Assembly: GCA_950097015.1 (NCBI GenBank)
Contig: CATNEN010000041.1
Span: forward strand, 558,001-622,000
Source: Macrostomum hystrix
Taxonomy: Eukaryota > Animalia > Platyhelminthes
DNA: 64,000 bases
Direction of reading: 5' to 3'
Shown here: positions 46,307 to 60,138 of the stretch, piece after piece
How positions within the stretch are numbered: position 1 is the first letter of the stretch
Layout: the number at the start of each line of letters is the position of its first letter
Made by a program: the position numbers and the translations under genes
The notes under the pieces: model-generated
Told to the model about the DNA's origin: nothing
The model's input: only the letters and a program-made list of their open reading frames with translations
Database searches by the model: none

Positions 46307-48760
46307 TCACTGCCTCGGACTCTTGTACTTGGAGAAGATTGGGAGGCCCACCCGCAGGGCGGCCTTCAAGTCGCCGGCCACGAGCTCCTCGGGCCGAGTG
46401 GCCGGGCGCAGAATGCCGGCGTCCTCCATCAGGTCGAACAGCAGAGACACGTTCGCCACCCGCTGCTCCTTGGTGGCCGACACGCTGGTGTAGAAGTGCA
46501 GCGGCACAAAGTAGCCCTCCAGTAGGCCCAGCAGGATGATCAGGTAGACACCGTCGGCCAGGTCCCTAGCCAGGTCCGTCACCTCGATGTTTAGGCAGGC
46601 CAGGTTGCTGTTGATGAACAGCATCAGGTGGCGCTCCAAGAGGCCCACCCGCTCGGGGCTTCTCTCGAAGATCTCATCCAGCATGTCGCGCTCGGCGTCG
46701 GCCAGGCAGAAGACGTCCTCCGGGCCCGTGACGCTCTCCAGCCGCTTTGTGTACTGCAGGGCGCCGTCACGCTTCTGCACCACCAGCACCGGCACCGTCA
46801 CCCGGCCAGGCAGCTTGATTGGGGCTCTGGAGACAATGGGTTTCAGGGGGATTAGACTCGAGACTGGATAGGAGGGCAGATTGAATTATGAGGGCGGATT
46901 AAATTAGAGGGTGAATTGGTTTGGAGAGTTTGGATTGGATTTAGGAGGCTGGATTGGAATTGGAGGCCAGATTAAATTAAGGGGAGGAAGGCAGGACTGC
47001 GTTAATTAGGAGGGCGGATTGGATTAGGAGGGCGGATTGGATTAGAAGGGCGGATTGGATTAGAAGGGCGGATTGGATTAGGAGGGCGGATTGGATTAGA
47101 AGAGCGGATTGGATTAGGAGGGTGGATTGGATTAGGAGGGTGGATTGGATTAGGAGGGTGGATTGGATTAGGAGGGTGGATTGGATTAGGAGGGCGGATT
47201 ATGTCACCTGGCCGCGGAGGCGATGGCCACCAGCAGTCTGAGCACTGGTACCAGCTGACGGCCGTAGATCTCCTCGGCCGTCCATTCGGCCCTGCGGCCC
47301 AGCAGTTCGTCCAGCGCGTTCAGAACGCTCTCGAGCCGCTGCCGCTGCCCATGCGCCGAGTGAATAACCTCCGGCTCGTCTAGAGTTCGATGGAACAGCC
47401 GCTGAAGAAGAATCTGCAACACCTGGCCGTCATAGAGATCGTCGGCTAGAGAGCGGACAACCATGCGATCGGCGACAAGGACCTCGTTGAGCCAGTCCTT
47501 CAGCACCGTAATCAGGCTTGTCAGGGCCTCGTCAGCATCCTTCTCAACCACCATGCGCCGCTCGCCGCCCTCCTCCAGCTTGAAGTCTTCGGGCTCGAGT
47601 TTGTCGTCAGACCGGCCATCAGTTATGATGGCATTTAGGCCCTCCTGCTCCAAGGCAGCAGCTGCCAAGGAATGAGGGTGGGTGTTGGGCTAGGGAGTTC
47701 ACAGAGTGTACAGAAAAACATTTCCAACATTGTTTTGTTTTAGCTTACTGCTTTTGTCTTTACAAATAAATATAATATTGTGCTTTTGAGTTTTGCTTCT
47801 TTTTATAAACATGTAAATCAGTAAAAATAAAACACAGATGCACTTTTAAAGCAATTATATCTGAAATTAACTCTACATACATGCATGAGCTAGTTGTGTC
47901 TATTTATTATATCCTTTTGTCCACAGTAAAGCATAGCTAGTTTTCGTTCTTCTTTTATAAACACTTTATTTAGACTTAGAATTGCAAGTTCCTCTTTCAC
48001 TGACTCTACCTAGAATTGAGTTTTTAAACTTTCTATATGGCTGATCTATTACTATAAGCTCTTTAATACAGTTTCTCAAGTGCAATGACCTGTTCTACTG
48101 CTTAAACTTGCTTTTGTTTGTTTGCTTACAATTTGGGGTAAAAAATTAACATGGAAACTAGGGCATTGCCATATTTTTATATTTGATTTAAACAAGCTAA
48201 GCATAATGCCATAATTTATTGCCAAGATGAAAAACATTATGCCATGGAAATAATTGATTTCTGATGAAAAAACTTTAGCAATTTAATTTCTTTACACTAT
48301 AAAAACTGGCTCAAGAACTACTAATGAACTAATCAATGTTAATTTTTTTCTCTTCATTAATTCAAAAAATATTATACATTCATATAATGTAAAGCACATA
48401 ATCAATTTTATAGTTACCTGAAAAATATTATAGCTAAAATATTGTACATAAGCCTTTGTTTATTGTAATTACATTACATTGTATTACAATTACATTAGAA
48501 ATTAATTATCTAGGTATGTAAAGTAGCTGGTAGAAAGTAGTACAGCCGATACTAGTAGCCGATTTTATGCCAAAATGGATTGCTGTTCTTACAGATAAAA
48601 TATTAAAATAAAAAAGATATATAAAGTTACAGCTTTTTACTATATTTTTTTAATGAGTATAATTACCTTCATCCTTCTGTTTGGCTTTCTTTTTTGATAA
48701 TGTCGTAAATTTGTCGAACAAAGGAAATGAATCATCGGGTTTGGGAGTTTTAGCCGCCAT
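46307..48760 (-). CDS. parvin: Parvin (two calponin-homology domains). Exons 48760-48667, 47661-47208, 46826-46307; 355 aa
   Basis: DDSF...KKKAK N-terminus; DWLNEVL...DDLYDGQVLQ; RAPIKLP; DLADGVYLIILLGLLEGYFVPLH; DLKAALRV. GT-AG introns are phase-consistent (1068 nt total). Confidence 0.93.
47005..47200. repeat. 18-bp G-rich intronic minisatellite
   Basis: Unit GGAGGG(C/T)GGATTGGATTA, about 10 copies. Confidence 0.9.
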
Positions 48761-50216
48761 GTGAGGGGGTAAATATTTGTAGATTTGATTTCGAACTATA
48801 AATCCCTTTTAGTGAGCAAGAGACTAAACGTAATGGATCTTTAATTTGTAAATCAAATGCGGCTCTTTAAGTCCGTAAAATACAATGATGAATTGTGTTT
48901 TTGATATTGGTGATTTTGATATTGGATGCACTTCAATTAATTCCAGGAAACATAACTTTTTTTAAATTGCTTTCCGATGGTTCTAACAAAAGTAGACTAT
49001 AGTACATTTAAATTTAGGTTGCTCTAAAAAACACATTTCGATTGATACAACAGAAATTTACAAAAAACAAGGCTAATACATTTATTTTCACTACAAAAAT
49101 GCAGAAACTACATTTTGCATTAACTGCATTTGCATTTGCATTAACATTTTGCAGAAACTACATTACTACAGGGCTGCACGTAAGTTTTCTTTCAGTAAGC
49201 TGTTCATGAGCGATAAAACAATTATATTAACACTGTGTACTGTAAATTTTGGATAGATACTCTAAAACGCAAAAGCTAACTGAAACTTTGAACTTTAGCT
49301 AATTTCATGCAACATAAAGCAATGGCTTGTCAAAAAATAAGTTAATAAATTTGCTGATCGTCGTCCTCCTTCATTTAAAGAGCATCGCATAGTACAACGC
49401 AGTTGCACCATACGCTTTGCCTCGCCGAACTAATGAAAAATAGATTTTTCCAGAAACACACTCGAACATCAGAACAAAGAAACTGAAAACGGACGAGAAC
49501 AAAAAAGGCCTAAAAATAAAAAGCTGAAGTTTATTTCACCCTGCATGTGCTGAAATGAGACCAGCAACTTAATAACATGAAAAGTTAGCATGCCTAATGG
49601 ATTTTTTTAAGTTATGCCCGTGGTAGTCCTGAATCTTTAATCATATTTTGCATGAATAGACGCATTAAAGTGAATTTATCAATTGCACCTTGTCGAAAGA
49701 AGTATCAAAGATACCTAAGACGTACCAAAAAAGTCGACTCCTATAGAAATAACATAACACAGAAAATGATTTCATTTAGACTCGCTTATTTTCGACAGCG
49801 GCTCTGTTTTCGAGCATGCAGTCGCAGTGCAGAATCTCTATATGAGTATTGTCGATGTCAGGACGACTGGCATTGCATGCATGCCACGGCATGCCACGGC
49901 ATGCATACGACAGCATTCCGGATCTGCTGTCGCTCGTTTGATCTCAGAATCTGTTTTAAATGAGGCTGTATTTTATGTGATTGGGATCAAAGAGAGAGAA
50001 TAGGATTGAGCTCCCAGGGTCATGCAGGCCAGGGGAGTTCAGTGCAGGCTGCTCCCAGCCAATCGCTTCGCTTAGAGCTCGCATCTCGCATCTGCATCAT
50101 TGGTCGCTCCGAGTATCTGTATAAGCCTGCGCGGTTAATGCCGCCTAGGGTTGCCTTGAATGCTCAAAAGCAACCAAGCCATTTCCAGTCAATCCAGGAA
50201 CAGCAAGCAATCGACA

Positions 50217-53200
50217 ATGCGGCCGCAGCTTTCTGTTCCAGAGCAGCCAAACCTGACATGCGCCTCGCCAATGTCCAGCATTCGCCAGGCCTTGGCAAAT
50301 CGATCCGAGTGCCAGCTGACTGCACCGGAGCTGCGGCTAGAGCTGCTGTTCACCTTCTACCTGCCCATGCTGCTCTGCGTCAGCGGCTTCCTGCTCAACG
50401 TGCTTAACTTTCGCATCTTTCGCAGGCAGCAATTTGAAGGTCCGGCCTATGCCTACATGGCGGCCATCTCGTTGGTGGACGCGCTGTTCCTAGTCTTCTA
50501 CACCTCCTATGTGGTGACGGCGCTCAGGTAGGACCAAAAGGGCTCCCGCATTGGCGAGGGTCTTTCTCAGAAATCCTCTTTGAGTTTCGGCTAATGGCTG
50601 CTCAAGCCACTTGAGCACACCTTGAACTCATCCAGGCTATACTTCTAATGCTGCCAAGTGAGCTATATGACAGTGAAATTGCGAAGCTCTTTGTGGCCAC
50701 ACAAATGGTGCGAGCGCACCTTGACTGTTCACGGCACAGGCACTATGCATTATCCGAACCACTCCATCATGTAATTGCCATGCGGCCTGCATCCCCCCTC
50801 TCACCGGTTGCTGTCAACAGTTTCCAATCTGCCATTGTGTACGGGGCGAAAGCATAGCAACTGCATGCAATTCGACAGGGATAAATTGTGGTCCAATTAT
50901 AGCTGTCTGCGCTGTGAGGGATTCAGAATTGTTGGGGCATAAAGCAAGAGAAGAGATCCCAGAGAGACTACTCTGATTTCCTCAGAGACTCGCACCTGAC
51001 TCTCAAGGCAATCGAGTACTCTTGTTCCCCAGAGCAAGTGGCGCAGTTTCTTCTGACCGCACAACTGACAGGCCAGCTGCGCACGTGACACGCTCAAATA
51101 TGAATCATAGTTCTCCTGCTGGCCCTGAGTTCTGAGCTGCGAGATTCTTGAGCTGCCAATCATTTACAAAAGCTGCACCGCTGATGGGCAGCGCCAAGGG
51201 GTCCCCGTTGGTCGCAACTTTGAGCGAACCGCCTCTCAATGGGCTCCTGGCTGGAATTGGCATGATTAGGAGGCCGGCACGCGGCAGTCGAAGAGTTGCC
51301 CGAATTGACTGGCAGATAAACTGGCTAATGTACTTTTAGCAGCGGCGCATTTCCATATGTGTCCCGGGCCTCACTAATAAGTACATAATACATCAGTAAA
51401 TAATTAAATTAGCGTGCGGAGTCAACAATGGAGGGGGCGAAAGTCTTGAAGCCCTGTCCGAGGTGGACAGGAAATCCAATATGCGGGCATGAGGTTAGCT
51501 GCCCAACCCGCATAGCGAGCCGACAGATGCGACCTGGGCAGCTCGGGCCAGCCAGCACTGGACAAAGGTGGGGGCGTGTCGTTCTTTTGCGCTAGCAATA
51601 GCATCTTCAGCAGCTCCGAGGACCTTCGGCTGCTGTCTACAGGGGAATGAAAGTGTAATGTAAGTGTAATGTAAGTAACTGTGGGGGTAATGCATCGATG
51701 AGAAGTGCATGGAGCAGTATGTGCTGAAAGTTTCGAAATAGTAAATTACTGGAAACTCGAAGTGCGGGCGATTGAATCGGGTAGAACAAAGGCGGATGCG
51801 GCCTCTGAGAGCGGGTTGGCAGCGGGGCATCCGCTTTGATTTGCGGCAGCCCAGGCAGTCAGCTGGCCTATTGTCTCCTCCCCAGCTGCACCAGATCCCA
51901 GATTCTGCATCCAGGGCAGGATGGGGGCCTCCATTGTAATCATTGCTTTAGTAGCAGAAAAAAGCAATGCAATAAAAGGGATTTCTTATTAATGCAGGTG
52001 GGAAGGCTGCTTAAAAAATTACCTCTCGGGGATCAGAGCTGCGATGAGGCAGCCAAATGAGGAAGGGATTTCAGGCCCATCAGATAAACATCCCCCTCAT
52101 TGCGTGAATGATTGGTACTTACCCTCCCCCCAACACCATATAGCTCCAGCTGCGACATCGCATTAAAAATTCACAGATTAAATTCATTTTCCTTGTCACA
52201 GAATCCAGCAATTCTTGGGGCGTGATCCCCCAGCCTCAGCCAACTCCGCCCCAGCCTCAGCCAACTCCGCCCCAGCCTCAGCCAACTCCGCCCCAGCCTC
52301 AGCCTACTTCGCCCCAGCCTCAGCCAACTCCGCCCCAGCCTCAGCCAACTCCGCCACAGCCTCAGCCAACTCCGCCCCAGCCTCAGCCAACTCCGCCCCA
52401 GCCTCAGCCAACTCCGCCCCAGACATTGCTCTCTGAAGTCAGGCAGCTAAATTGCATTCTGTCTCCGCAGGTGTCAGGACCACCCTGGTGAGTTCCCCTG
52501 CCACGCCAAGGCCTTCCACTTGCTGCGCTCCGGCCTGGCATTTGCCAGCGTCTACGTCACGACCACGGCGAACTTCACCCTACAGACGGTGTGCGCGTGG
52601 CTCACGGTGATTCTGGGCATCGAGCGGTACATGGCCATGAAGTACTTTCACTTCAGGCGCACCCGCTGCCACCGCAACGACACAAAACTCACCATCGTGT
52701 GCGTCTGCTGCCTCAGCTTCCTGTTCAACCTGCCAAACTCCTTCACCTCCGGCATCGCCTTCAACAGCCGAGTAGCGCCGGGGAGCAACGCCACCATCCG
52801 GTTCATCACGATCGAGCAGACCCGGTTCGGCAGCTCTCTGGACTATGGCGCCTACGCCTTCATCAAGCTGGCCTGCACCTCCATACTGCCCTTCGCGTTG
52901 CTGGCCATGAACAACACCATGCTGCTGTTTCTGGTGCTGCGCCATCAGAGGGCCAATAGCGCGAATCAGCCGCGCCAAGCGGAAGACCCGGCAGCCAATC
53001 GCACCTCCAAGGTGTTGCAGGCGTCGCTCAGCCGCATCCGAGCTCAGAAGAATCTCACCATTTTGCTCATTGTGGTCATCTTCGTGTTCCTTGCCGGCCA
53101 GGTGCCCCGCTCGCTGCTGCTGAAAGACGTCTTTGCCTTCATCTACGCGCGCTGTCCTTGCGGCACCAGCCTGCTTTGGGTCTGCTGCCCGCTCTACCGC

Positions 53201-53821
53201 CGGCTCCATCCGCTGAGCGAAGTCGTCTACCTGCTGTGCCTGAACCTCAACTTCTTCATCTACCTGGGCCTCAACCAGCACTTCCGGGAGCACATCCGCC
53301 TGCCGAGGCTCGGCCAGTGCTGGACCAACGCAGGGCAGGGCGGCGACAGCTGCCGTCCGCGCAGCTGTATCGAGGACGACCGTCTGGCAGTTCGTGATGC
53401 TCGGGTGGATCGCTTCTCAGCGGCCGGCGCCACCACCTGCGACTGCAGTCCCACCCAGTCCTGCAACTGGCCCGGGCCACCGTGCGAGGCTCCCCTGCGC
53501 CACTCGCGGGGTCGCCAGAGCGGGGCACCGCTGGCGCTGCGGCGCCACTCATGCGCTGCTCCAGGCTGCTTCGAGGATTTCGACGACAACTTGGGCGATG
53601 ACGAGCTGGCAGTCGAGGCTGTGACCTTCGTCCAGCATCATCAGTGCCGGCGCTCCCGCTCGCCCGCTGGCAGCTCACGGAGCATCGGCCGGCTCGACGG
53701 TGGAGGCAGCGGGAGCGGCGGCATCGGTGGCGGCAGCAGCGGTGGAGGCGGCAGCGGAGGCGGTGCGTGGGAGCTGGACGGCCTTCTTGGCTACCGACCC
53801 GTCATGGTCAGCCAGCTGTGA
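50217..53821 (+). CDS. Class A (rhodopsin-like) GPCR, FMRFamide/sex-peptide-receptor-like. Exons 50217-50527 and 52471-53821; about 553 aa
   Basis: TM1-2 in exon 1 (GFLLNVLNF, YMAAISLVD). Exon 2 has GIERYMAM, FNLP, ILPFALLAMNN, FVFLAGQVP and NFFIY. The splice is in frame; the start codon is inferred. Confidence 0.88.
52228..52420. repeat. 21-bp tandem repeat, about 9 units, intronic
   Basis: Unit CCAGCCTCAGCCAACTCCGCC. Confidence 0.92.
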
Positions 53822-55506
53822 AACGGCCAGCAACCCTGCGACTGTCAGTATTACTGCGGCAGACTTCAGACAACGATAATATGTTTTTGCACATCCAGAT
53901 AAGGCCATAATGAGGCCAGTGTTGGCAATATTGAAACTCACTTTCTTTGAAACCCTTGACAAAAGCCGACAAGCTGCCTGCAACTGCCCGAATTTTAGCT
54001 GTTTCACGCGTCTTTAGATGAATTGTTACCTGCAGAGCACAAAGTGTTACCTTTTGTTAGTCTATAATCAACACTTGAGGCTGAAATTTTGCGAGCACGC
54101 GTTTCCTGTTCTGGTAAATTGGGATTTCAATTTTTTTATTGTCCAATTGTAGCGCAGTTTTTGGCTTGTTTTTCGCAGAATTTTCCCACAACCCCCCTCC
54201 CCTTAGGGTGGCGCCCTTAGCTACAATGCTCTGAACCAGGCAGGCGGGGGGAGGCTGACATTTTCCTAAGACTGAGGCACTGTGCGTGATTGGAGCTGCA
54301 GCTGCATGTTATTCTAAAATAACAGGAAATGTCAGTTATCTTTAGCCGAGCTGCGCAATGTTACAAGAAATAAAAATTAGCCCACAATGATAAACTTATT
54401 AATTTCAATTTTTGGCATTCAATCTTTCATACCTGTCTACTGCTGCTGGGTTTCGCGGCTTGCTGAGTATCGCATTCCAAAGCAGCAGCAGCAGGGCTCT
54501 GGGCGGGGCATGACAGATGACAGATCAGCAATATCTGAGACGGAGTCACGCAATTTCGGGGGATTTTATTGATAAAAATAGAAAAAATCCCTGGCTAAAC
54601 GATCGGGAAGAACCTCCCAACTCAATCAAAATTTGTATTTCAAATACCAAAATACATTCTCCTTTCTTTATATCCAAAAATATTCAACCAATCGTCATGA
54701 AAATCCATCACAGCCTTGCGATCACAACTCAATTCTACCGCATCACAGCTCACAACTCAATTCTCCCGCATCACAGCCTTGCGATCACAACTCAATTCTC
54801 CCGCATCACAGCTCACAACTCAATTCGCGTCGACCATTGCAAGTCAGGGCCCAGGAGTCAATGAGCTTCCGCTTTGAAATTCGCCGGAAAAAAATTCTCA
54901 CTGTGGGTTGGTCAGCATTCGAACTGCTTTGACTAAATCCACCTGCTGCGTACCCGGCCAGAGTAATTAGAGCCTGATGCTCATCTGCCCCCTCACCTGT
55001 CACCTGTCATCATGGCTGACTCACTCACACACTTCAGACTGCTTGTGCAGATCCATCACAGCTTTGAGAACAATTAATTAGCCAGTTTCTGAGGAAATTC
55101 AGAAATCGGTGGGAGGCAGTTGTGAAACTGCAGCTGCTCGATCGCATTGCTCGGCAGCAGTTCCCGGGTTCTCTCAGCTGCAACCTGAAGTTCGAAGTTA
55201 ATCCGCGATTTTCACTTTCCTCGATTCAAAGTCGATCGCTCGACTTTCTTCGAACATATTATCGAACAAAGCAGCCATGGAATCGAGAGCGATGGAATTT
55301 TCCCGGGATTTCATGGGAAATGCTGCTGCTGGCGGCAAACAGATTCTGGGGCTTCACCTGAAAGAAATCGCGAAGGTAGTTTAAGTGAGCAGCCCTGTGT
55401 GCCTGGCGGTGCGTGAAATTCTGCGCTTCACTGAGCTTCCATCCGCCCGCTCCAAACAATGGAAGCCGCGAATTGCTTGTGAATTTCCCGCATTTATTCC
55501 AGCATC

Positions 55507-56184
<678 letters not shown>

Positions 56185-56953
56185 AGCCCTGAATCCCCGA
56201 AATAGCTTGAGTCAAGTCTGTATCATATTTAAATCCTATTATTTGCAAAGTAAAAAAATTGAGCAGTCGCTCAGGTGCTCAGGCCAAATTAGGATAACCG
56301 TGGAGAGCTGTCGGCGCTGCCGAGGGATATTTATGTCCCATTGTACGGCCTTAAAAGGCAGCGAGAAGGCAACAAGGCCCCGCCCCGCCATTGGCTGCAC
56401 TTTTCCCTGTCGGTGAGGCGAGTTGCTACTAGAAGCAAGGCCTGCGAGTCATGCCAGCATCCATTATTTACACTGCCTGCTCCCCTGAGCACTAGAGATG
56501 GGATTTCAGCTGCAACTCGCTCCCCCGTTTCTCCTTTTTGGCGATTCTCACAGTTTTTATCTTCCCATTATCCGATGTTTTTTATCCTATTGCCGCCGAT
56601 CGCTATTCCTTGAATTCCGAATTCCTGATCAAGAGAGTGATTGCTGATTGTTCTACTATTCTGCTCTGCACTGAGCACTAAATCACAGATTCCCTATGCC
56701 TTCCCAGGCAGCAAATATTCAAGCGCATGAGAAGCATTTTACCTGCAATTGTTGCAGCAGTAAAGGTGTTGGGGATTCGGTATCGGATTTGGGATTTGGA
56801 TTTGGGACCGGGGTAATTGGTGTTCTGTGGTCTTTCTGCAGCTTTCTTAAATAAAATTCGACTGAAAGATTTATTTATCCCACAAAAATTAATTTTCCAA
56901 TTTGATGTAAGGTTTTTAGAAGCTTTAATTAAAGCTAAATTTGTTAGTTTAGG

Positions 56954-57300
56954 GTGGATCCTGTTTGTCGCTGCAGGGTGTTTACAGTGGATCCTGTTTA
57001 TCGCTGCCGGGTGTTTACAGTGGATCCTGTTTATCGCTGCCGGGTGTTTACAGTGGATCCTGTTTATCGCTGCAGGGTGTTTACAGTGGATCCTGTTTAT
57101 CGCTGCCGGGTGTTTACAGTGGATCCTGTTTATCGCTGCAGGGTGTTTACAGTGGATCCTGTTTATCGCTGCAGGGTGTTTACAGTGGATCCTGTTTATC
57201 GCTGCAGGGTGTTTACTGTGTTGATCCTGTTTATAGCTGCAGGGTGTTTACCGGGGATCCTGTTTATAGCTGCAGGGTGTTTACCGGGGATTCTGTTTAT
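56954..57300. repeat. 33-bp tandem repeat, about 10 units
   Basis: Unit GTGGATCCTGTTTATCGCTGC(A/C)GGGTGTTTACA. Confidence 0.95.
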
Positions 57301-57649
57301 CTCGCTACAGACTTTTGTTTATTCGATGACATTTTGTGGCTCGTGAAACACCAGATTTTTTATTGCAGGGAGATTGTTGTCTGGTGCATTTAATTGCAAA
57401 TGCATTCTCAAATGTACTCTAATGCAGCAGTACGCAGTATCTTTGGCCCTCCCAAGCTCACAATGAAGGTCCGGGCTGCTAAGTGCCGACTCGGCTTTCC
57501 ATCTCATTAGCGAGCGATTTGCATCGCTCAAGCTTCTGGAGCAGCTCGGAGGCTGACCGCAGTCTGGAGAAACAGCCAAGGGCAGCTCTGGCTTTGGGGT
57601 AAAGCAAACTCAACGGTGTGCTGTCAGAGGAGCGAGATTTCTGCACTTC

Positions 57650-59866
57650 GACGTCCCACTCGACATGACTAACGGTCTCCCCAACCACCGAGTCTGCGCA
57701 GACTACGACAACGAACGCGAACTTCTACAGGTGCTGCGTCTCCGTGGAGGCAACGTCAACGCCAACCCCAGCCCCAGCGTCGGCCAGCACGCAAGCGCAA
57801 GGGGCGTGACCGGAGGTCACAAGCAGAGCCGACTCAAGAGCTCCGAGCTCTCCAGTTCAATTCCGACAGACTGATGGCCCGCCTGACGGGGCTGAGTCAT
57901 TGGCTCGCGAAACCACGCCAGGCCGTCGCCCTGATCCAGGAGACAAAGCTGGTCAAGGTCGAGGATTTCACCCCACCCGCGAACTACTGCGTTGCCGCTC
58001 GGGTCGATGGGATCCCGTACCTAGAGAGAGAGCGTCAACCAGGATGCCCAGCCGCCCAGTTGCTGGCAGTCTAGTGGCCAGACCTACTTCCGCCTCCGGT
58101 TCACAGACGACCGAATCGACTGGTGCTGAGGCTGCCGCTCCCGTCGTACCGCTTGCTTCGAGCGTGACAACCTGCTCCCACATGCCACCTGGACCAACAA
58201 GCAATGCCCGCGCAGCTGGCGGCTCGCCAAAAAAGGGAGGGACCCGACACTTGTGGGTGGTGGCCCTCACGAGCTGCGTTGCGAGCTCTCGCCGGCCCAA
58301 GCTGGGTCCCGCAGCGGACGAAGCACGGAGGAACAACCGGTGCGTGTCTGCCAAGACATTTTTGACGGCCTCGAGCGCCCTTCGGAGCAGCCTCAGCTGC
58401 CAGGACTTCAAAGGCGCGAATGAAACCGTCTGGAAAGAGGCTCTGACCTTTAAAATGGTCCAGCTCGGCATCGATGCCCACACGACCAGCTGGACAGACC
58501 ACAGAGCCACGGTGTGCTGGAACTGCACACTGAGCAGCCAACGCACCTTCCATGGTGACCAGGCGGTGATCTGCGCCATACGGGCGGCCCCCATACGAGC
58601 TGATGGCGGGGCCACGGTGCTTCGATCCGGATTCAACAGCAACTCGCTGGCGCCGCTGACAGCCCTCGAGCACGGCCCCTGCAATCAATGCTCGGTTGAT
58701 GGCAGCCTATGCTGGTCAACATTGAGCGCTATTTAACACAGATGCGAGTTTTTCCGGGTCCCGGCGCACTGCGAAATCCTGGGAAACGAGATGGCTAAAC
58801 GCCGCGCCAATTGCGCACGCCTGGAACATCAGCAGGAAAGGCCCATTTCATTCCAAGCTGCTAAGGCGGCTATCGCCGTCCGAGATCCACCACTAGACCT
58901 CGAGCTGCTGGGGCCGTGCGCTGGCGCACCACTCCCCTGCACCTCATTCGCGCCGAGACGGTCGCCATCAACCAGCTCAGGGCGCGAAGCTCAGTGCTGG
59001 CTAATTCCACCCGCCATCGTCTGGGCCTCACTGACGACCCGCTCAGCCGTGACTGTAGCAAGCTCGACACAGATCAAGACCACATTATAGAAGTATTCCA
59101 GTGCCCGCGCGGCGATGGTATTCGCGTTTATGCCAACTGGGATGAGGTCCTGAAACATCCTGAGCAAGTCCTCGCCCTTCTGCGCAGACTGGGGCGCCTC
59201 TGAGGGGCGAGGGGGGTCAGCGGCTAACGTCGCTGCCTCGCACTCCAAAGGACGCTAGTTCGATTCACCCTTCAGGTCACGATTAATTTCGGTACTTGTT
59301 GGGGGGGTTTGGACAGTAGCGACCGGCGGAGGTGCACCTTATTTCGTGCAATCAAAGCTTGAAAAATAGCTTCGCTCCTACCTTCTGTGTGCCTGTTCTG
59401 CGTTGTTTGAGTTTGTGCGTTGGCGCTGGGGCGTTAGACCTTGCGGGGGGGTGGCTGGGGGGCGGGTGTACACCGCCGCGCGCTCATCTGGATTTCCGTC
59501 AGCGCGATTGGATAAAGTGTACACTCGTCACCCGCCCCCCCCCTGAGGACTGATTTCTATCAGCCTTCCGCCCCGGCTTGGTCTGCTCTGTGCGTGTGCG
59601 GGCCTGGGGTGAGAGGCACTCCGGCTGCCGCCCCCTTCCCCGCTTGGCTTGCTGCTGTGTGTGTGAGGTGCCTGCTCAGGGGAGGCGGCGCGATGGGCGG
59701 CTTTCGCCTAGTTCGCCGGCCTGGGGGCATGCCGTTCCTGTGTTTGTGCGTCAAGTGCCCCAGGCCCCCCTGCAAAGTAAGAAAGTAAGTAAGTAAGGGG
59801 CGCCTCTGAGCGCTCCTCCACCTCGCTGCCTGTAGCAGCTTTGAGGACGTTGGACGAAGAAAGAAA
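57650..59866 (+). mobile_element. Heavily deleted non-LTR retrotransposon (I-group-like: APE, RNase H and C-terminal CCHC remnants)
   Basis: LRALQFNSDRL...LIQETK (APE); VPAHCEILGNEMA (RNase H); INQLRARSS...RHRLGLTDDP...DHIIEVFQCP (C-terminal). Stop at 59201-59203; GAAA-rich tail at about 59856-59866. The 5' boundary is approximate. Confidence 0.7.
59205..59796 (+). mobile_element. tRNA-derived SINE with 14-bp TSD and (GTAA)n tail
   Basis: GGGGCGCCTCTGAG at 59191-59204 and 59797-59810. A-box-like GGTCAGCGGCTAA. B box GTTCGATTC at 59258-59266. Tail AAAGTAAGAAAGTAAGTAAGTAA. Confidence 0.82.
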
Positions 59867-60002
59867 GGGTGTCAGAGCAGGCAGCAGGGTGTTAGAGCAG
59901 GCAGCAGGGTGTCGGTGTCAGGGCAGGCAGCAGGGTGTCAGAGCAGGCAGCAGGGTGTCAGGGCAGGCAGCAGGGTGTCAGGGCAGGCAGCAGGGTGTCA
60001 GA
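59867..60002. repeat. 20-bp tandem repeat, about 6 units
   Basis: Unit GGGTGTCAG(A/G)GCAGGCAGCA. Confidence 0.9.
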
Positions 60003-60138
60003 ATGGCTACGGCGATACCACATTGAAAACACCGGTTCTCGTCCGAGAGCCGTTTATGGCTATGGTTATAAAACAGTTTGTGGGATGATTTTCCAGCTGC
60101 ATCGCCAGTTTATTTAATCAGATAATCAGCTAATAAAG

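Noticed and set aside
47005-47200. Telomere-like TTAGG tract
   Set aside because: TTAGG is only part of an 18-bp intronic unit, not a tandem telomeric repeat.
48790-48806. ACTATAAATCCC, resembling the ACTAYRnnnCCCR promoter motif, near the parvin start
   Set aside because: A single imperfect match with no transcription start information.
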